DNA of 64,000 nucleotides from positions 626 through 64,625 of the forward strand of contig CAWVSB010000001.1 of assembly GCA_963933215.1 (NCBI GenBank), in the 5' to 3' direction. This document shows, piece after piece, positions 60,443-64,000 of the stretch. This DNA comes from an uncultured Cellvibrionales bacterium (GTDB taxonomy: Bacteria; Pseudomonadota; Gammaproteobacteria; Pseudomonadales; CAWVSB01). The first letter of the stretch is position 1. Each line of letters starts with the position of its first letter. The notes beneath the pieces were generated by a model, which was given only the letters and a program-made list of their open reading frames with translations, was not told the DNA's origin and ran no database searches. The translations under genes and the position numbers were made by a program.

Positions 60443-62932
60443 TTACCAGTTAAAGACCAACTCCGCGCCATACATCTTTGGCGGATTGAAAACTATACCG
60501 CCAACACCTGATGTGTCCGCAAGTGCTGTGCCACCAATGATGTAGTCTTCATTGGTCAGATTAGTGCCATAAAAAGCAACCATCCACTGATCGTCTGGAA
60601 TCCATGTTAGGCGCGCATCAACATTATATTGTTTGTCTGCATACCATAGGTCGCTGGCACAGCTGCTGGCATCAAAACAATACTCAACACCATATTTCCA
60701 GCTAGCTTGGAGTCTAGGAATGATGGCACCAATAGGGGTGAGAAATTGATACTGTGCGGCCAAAAATACGCTTTTATCCGGCAGCCTAACCATGTTTTCA
60801 TCACTTCTATCAATCTCGCAAGCATCAACCACTACTGCGGTTAAATCACTCTGCATACACCCTTCAGGTACTACGCCTGGAGTGCCCGAAGTTAATTGAG
60901 TGTCGGTAAATTCATCAAACTTGCCATCATTAAAACTAGCATTTAGAGTAAGTTCTAAATTTTCGATGGGTAAAAACGTAGTCTCTAATTCAATACCTTG
61001 AATAGTTGATTCATCAACATTGATGGTGGCGCCTGACGGGTTGCCGGTATCGGGGTTAATAACAACGGTGGTGAATTGTTGGTCTTGATAAGACATATGG
61101 AAGGCCGCGATGTTTACCCGCAAGCGATTTTCAAGTAAGTCTAATTTCAAACCTAACTCAAGATTTGTTACCGTCTCAGGGTCAAACTCTTCAATATCTC
61201 CAGTAGCCGCCTCAGATAAACCGCCAGAACGGAAACCTTCACTGTAGGTAAAGTAGGTACTACCACTATTAATAAATCCCTCGCCGTCAAAAATATATTG
61301 AATACTAGCTTTAGGGCTAAAGTCGGTGTTGGATACATCGCCTTCAATGGTACCGCCTTGGGTGAAACCGTAATTAGGATTGAAGGAGAAATCAGTCCCG
61401 ACAAACCATAAACCTGCGCCAGGGCTAAGTTCTGTAACCAGATCAGACCCGGTTGATAGGCTATTGCCATCGACCAACAGCTCTATTTCTTTATATTCTC
61501 TAGTTTCCCAAGTGTATCTAGCGCCAAGTGTTAAGCGCCATGACTCGGTAAAATCCCAATCTATTTCGGTATAGGCTGCTGCCGACTTGTTGTCGGTGGA
61601 TGCAATATTTGAGTCGCCGCGAAACCCAAAACCAACTATGGCGGTATTATATGGGCCAATGTTAGTAACTGTGCTCGAGGCATTAGTTTGCTCTTCAAAA
61701 TAATATAAGCCGCTAACATATTGCACGCTGCCATCGAGTGCTTCGCCGGTTAGTTGGAACTCTTGGCTAAGCTGGTCAGTGTCGCGGCCACCGCGACTGG
61801 GATGTACATTTTGGGTGCGATGCAAAAACGCCACAGCGGTGTGGTCAAGTTCATCATCTTGTGCTGCCTCAGTGTTACGCCATGCAGTTATACTTTTCAA
61901 CGATAGCTCATCATTGAGCTCCCAATCTGCAGTAAAGCTCAGTCCTTTAGTTTCAGCGTTATAGTCACCGCCAATATCACTTTGTACGGTACGCGGGTCG
62001 CCATCACCAGCATTTTCGCCATCGCGGCAAAAGTCCACGTAAGTTCTGCCGGTATCTGGTGTTATATAAAGTATGTCAAAAAGTTGCGATTGCCAGCCGC
62101 CAGCCGGATTTAGCACTTTACACTTTTGTGGTCGCGCTTTTTGAGCGGTCTTCGACCAGTTGGCATTTAAATCTAGCGTTAACTCGTCAGAGGGTAGCCA
62201 GCGAAGCTGCCAAATGGCGCTTAGTCTATCGGCATCTACATAGTCGTCGCCGTCTATCTCATTTTTAATATAGCCGTCACTGTTCTTCGATACCATCGAT
62301 AGACGCGTCATCCATCGGTCATTGATGGGGACGTTAACTGCTAAATTGGCGTCATTGGTACCATAGTTACCAACCTTAACCCCTGCGTTGCCCTCAAACA
62401 CCTCAGACGGTCGGTTAGTGTTAAATACTAACGCGCCACCAGTAGTGTTTTTACCAAATAATGTTCCTTGTGGACCTCGTAATACCTGCACACTTTGTAA
62501 ATCGTTGACGTCTAATAGTGCGCCGTCGGCTCGCGATAGGTATACCCCATCTATATAAATGCCTACGCCAGAGTCTAAATTTGGTTCGGTGTTACGTTGA
62601 CCGACGCCACGAATATATATATTAGCGACGCCGCCGGTGCCATTACCGTTTTGCACCTCAATATTAGGGACAAGTTGGTTTAGGTCGGCAAGTGTGGATG
62701 CACCCGCTGCGGCAAGTTTAGCTGCTGAAAAAGCACTAACGGCAACCGGTGATTCTTGCAAACTCTCAGCTCGCTTTCTGGCGGTAACAATAACTTCTTC
62801 CAAGACTAGTTGGGACTGAGCCAGAGCTGGAATGGATATAGTTGAAGCGATCGCCAGTGGAATTGCCGCTAGCTGAGGGATAAGTTTTCTAGCAAAATTA
62901 GTGCGCACCAGTTTATTCATAGCAAACCTCAT
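60443..62932 (-). CDS. TonB-dependent outer-membrane receptor
   Basis: 829 aa with a signal peptide ending ALAQ. It has a plug domain (LEEVIVTARKR..SLQESPVAVSAF, VLRGPQGTLFGKNTTGG) and a C-terminal beta-barrel ending in an aromatic residue (ELVFNW). An alternative start is ATG 62920. Confidence 0.92.
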   Translation of the reverse strand: MRFAMNKLVRTNFARKLIPQLAAIPLAIASTISIPALAQSQLVLEEVIVTARKRAESLQESPVAVSAFSAAKLAAAGASTLADLNQLVPNIEVQNGNGTGGVANIYIRGVGQRNTEPNLDSGVGIYIDGVYLSRADGALLDVNDLQSVQVLRGPQGTLFGKNTTGGALVFNTNRPSEVFEGNAGVKVGNYGTNDANLAVNVPINDRWMTRLSMVSKNSDGYIKNEIDGDDYVDADRLSAIWQLRWLPSDELTLDLNANWSKTAQKARPQKCKVLNPAGGWQSQLFDILYITPDTGRTYVDFCRDGENAGDGDPRTVQSDIGGDYNAETKGLSFTADWELNDELSLKSITAWRNTEAAQDDELDHTAVAFLHRTQNVHPSRGGRDTDQLSQEFQLTGEALDGSVQYVSGLYYFEEQTNASSTVTNIGPYNTAIVGFGFRGDSNIASTDNKSAAAYTEIDWDFTESWRLTLGARYTWETREYKEIELLVDGNSLSTGSDLVTELSPGAGLWFVGTDFSFNPNYGFTQGGTIEGDVSNTDFSPKASIQYIFDGEGFINSGSTYFTYSEGFRSGGLSEAATGDIEEFDPETVTNLELGLKLDLLENRLRVNIAAFHMSYQDQQFTTVVINPDTGNPSGATINVDESTIQGIELETTFLPIENLELTLNASFNDGKFDEFTDTQLTSGTPGVVPEGCMQSDLTAVVVDACEIDRSDENMVRLPDKSVFLAAQYQFLTPIGAIIPRLQASWKYGVEYCFDASSCASDLWYADKQYNVDARLTWIPDDQWMVAFYGTNLTNEDYIIGGTALADTSGVGGIVFNPPKMYGAELVFNW

Positions 62933-62958
62933 TATTATAATTATTACTTACGCCCTGT

Positions 62959-62971
62959 TACTAATAGTAAG
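62959..62971. promoter_or_regulatory. Perfect 13-bp palindrome TTACTAATAGTAA just upstream of the TonB-receptor start (candidate TetR operator)
   Basis: Read directly from the sequence. It lies 27-39 bp upstream of the receptor start codon. Near-copies are at 63084-63096 and 63105-63117, with a shorter variant at 63027-63037. Confidence 0.45.
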
Positions 62972-63083
62972 AGAGGGTGAGCACAGTTTATAAACTCGCT
63001 AGGGTTGCCTTAATATCTACCGGCGGTTACTGAGTAAAACTAGCGAGCTATTACTATTTTTATTTTCGTCTAGTTGTTGTTGC

Positions 63084-63096
63084 TAACTAATAGTAA
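63084..63096. promoter_or_regulatory. Second copy of the palindrome (TAACTAATAGTAA, 12/13 identical)
   Basis: Read directly from the sequence. It lies in the 253-bp TetR-to-receptor spacer. Confidence 0.4.
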
Positions 63097-63185
63097 CGCT
63101 ACCGCTACTAATAACAAGGTACCGCCTGCTGGGAAGATTACCTTCACCCATTTGGGTTATAAATTACTTATCTGCAATATAGGGA

Positions 63186-63791
63186 TTATTTGGCGTCAAG
63201 ACCAGCGCCAATAAAGGCCATCAGCTGGCTTGCTTGGGAGGTTAATACAGTTTCATCAACTGACCAGTCACCGGCGCTTTGCAGAAGCGTATGGCTAGCA
63301 AAATTGATGCGCAGCGATAACTGCTCGGCGGATAGCTGCCCACAGCTTTTATTGAATAGCTGGAGTAAAGGGTTAACTACCTGATCTTGATAGCGCTGGG
63401 TAACGGCAGAAAGAATTTGAGAGTTATCACTGTGTAATCTGGCTATCAGCCTAACGTATGACAAACCGCTTTGTTTGTTGTTAATGACAAAGTGCGCCAA
63501 TGGAGTGACTAATATCGCTGCCACATCGTTTGTTGTCGGGGTAGTGTTTTCGCTTAGATTACTAATCATGGCGTATCGATGCGCCATGATTTCATCCATG
63601 CGCCGGGCAACTATAGCTTCGAGTAAGGTGTCTTTGTTACCAAAATGATAGTGCAAAATACCGGGGCTCAATTGTGCGGCTGCATTAATTGAACGAATAG
63701 ATACGTTATCGACACCTTTATCGGCAAATAGCCGCTCCGCAACATCTAGTAGCCGTTCTCTAGTGCTTAAATCTCTAATGCGGTCAGTCAT
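63186..63791 (-). CDS. TetR/AcrR-family transcriptional regulator
   Basis: 201 aa with an N-terminal HTH (RERLLDVAERLFADKGVDNVSIRSINAAAQLSPGILHYHFGNKDTLLEAIV). Confidence 0.9.
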   Translation of the reverse strand: MTDRIRDLSTRERLLDVAERLFADKGVDNVSIRSINAAAQLSPGILHYHFGNKDTLLEAIVARRMDEIMAHRYAMISNLSENTTPTTNDVAAILVTPLAHFVINNKQSGLSYVRLIARLHSDNSQILSAVTQRYQDQVVNPLLQLFNKSCGQLSAEQLSLRINFASHTLLQSAGDWSVDETVLTSQASQLMAFIGAGLDAK

Positions 63792-63803
63792 GCAATCTGC
63801 CTT

Positions 63804-63815
63804 TTACAATTGTAA
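63804..63815. promoter_or_regulatory. Perfect 12-bp palindrome TTACAATTGTAA 13 bp upstream of the TetR start codon (candidate autoregulatory operator)
   Basis: Read directly from the sequence. It shares the TTAC/GTAA outer half-sites with the palindromes downstream of the TetR gene. Confidence 0.4.
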
Positions 63816-63912
63816 TGTCGCCAGCTAGTATTCTATTCGATCACTTGATTAAATCAATGAGAAAATTTTATAAATGCTGTTTAGCTGTATCAAAGTGCTA
63901 GTCGTCGCTACG

Positions 63913-64000
63913 ATGAGTAAATTCCAGACTGGTTATTGGCACAGAAAGGTATTGGATCTGATGCTTATGAGTAATTGGAATCAAGATAGGAATTATAGCG
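63913..64000 (+). CDS. Possible 5' end of a CDS divergent from the TetR gene, running off the window
   Basis: The frame is open from ATG 63913 to the window end (MSKFQTGYWHRKVLDLMLMSNWNQDRNYS...). There is no clear SD, and 29 codons is too short to judge. Confidence 0.15.
   Translation, partial: MSKFQTGYWHRKVLDLMLMSNWNQDRNYS

Noticed and set aside
62933-63185. Possible cobalamin riboswitch in the leader of the TonB-dependent receptor. The minus strand contains GGGTGAAGGTAATCTTCCCAGCAGGCGGTACC, vaguely like the GGTGAA...AATCC core.
   Set aside because: There is no B12 box (consensus similar to AGYCMGGAGACCKGCC), no GCCACTG element, and the overall conserved-helix pattern is missing. The similarity is limited to a few bases.
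1-64000. Window-wide look for rRNA, tRNA, CRISPR arrays, IS elements, transposases, integrases, phage genes, and toxin-antitoxin or defence-system gene pairs.
   Set aside because: I recognised none. There is no repeat-spacer periodicity, no cloverleaf-like GC-rich ~75-nt segments in intergenic gaps, no DDE or tyrosine-recombinase motifs and no terminal inverted repeats. A covariance-model or HMM scan (tRNAscan-SE, Rfam, ISfinder, defence-system finders) would be the decisive check.

Overview
This is a 64-kb chromosomal window from a gammaproteobacterium. GC looks mid-40s % by eye. The backbone gene order closely parallels what I remember of Pseudomonas aeruginosa PA5034-PA5125. The proteins look like a marine Cellvibrionales/Oceanospirillales-type organism, but the taxon cannot be fixed from sequence alone. 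Most of the window is core housekeeping. It contains trmL, then ntrC-ntrB-glnA with a fully readable sigma54/NtrC control region, then typA-dtd. A tightly packed minus-strand string follows: ubiE-ubiJ-ubiB-hisI-hisE-tatA-tatB-tatC. After that come hslVU, argS, priA, rpmE, a short-form malic enzyme, and mrcA divergent from pilMNOPQ-aroK-aroB. The right part holds hemE, ribA, xseB-ispA-dxs, a TatT-type (TPAT) TRAP transporter, and a TonB-dependent receptor with a TetR regulator. I recognised no rRNA, tRNA, CRISPR array, transposase, integrase or phage genes. Non-core or unusual content: (1) The left edge is a decaying sulfur-scavenging corner: a sulfatase pseudogene with four lesions, a 0.8-kb ORF-free AT-rich stretch, and a TauD-like dioxygenase translationally coupled to a FAH-fold hydratase. 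(2) An ~8-kb accessory block sits between glnA and typA. It holds a HEAT-like secreted protein, an NSS transporter, an AraC regulator, a membrane-anchored unknown, two lipase-like alpha/beta hydrolases and a polytopic HExxH membrane protein. It also carries a 7-unit octanucleotide tandem repeat directly upstream of one lipase-like gene. (3) A DhlA-like haloalkane dehalogenase gene has ATA where the start codon should be, and its HG oxyanion motif is replaced by YV. (4) A 0.9-kb ORF-poor gap lies upstream of ubiE. (5) A clear deletion scar marks where gltB-gltD (GOGAT) should be. Only the first ~108 degenerate codons of gltB and the last ~23 codons of gltD remain, between aroB and hemE. (6) A family of TTAC...GTAA palindromes surrounds the TetR/TonB-receptor pair. 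I did not find a convincing new multi-gene system such as a defence island, toxin-antitoxin pair or secretion apparatus. The findings below are scored accordingly. All family assignments come from motif recognition and memory, not from searches.
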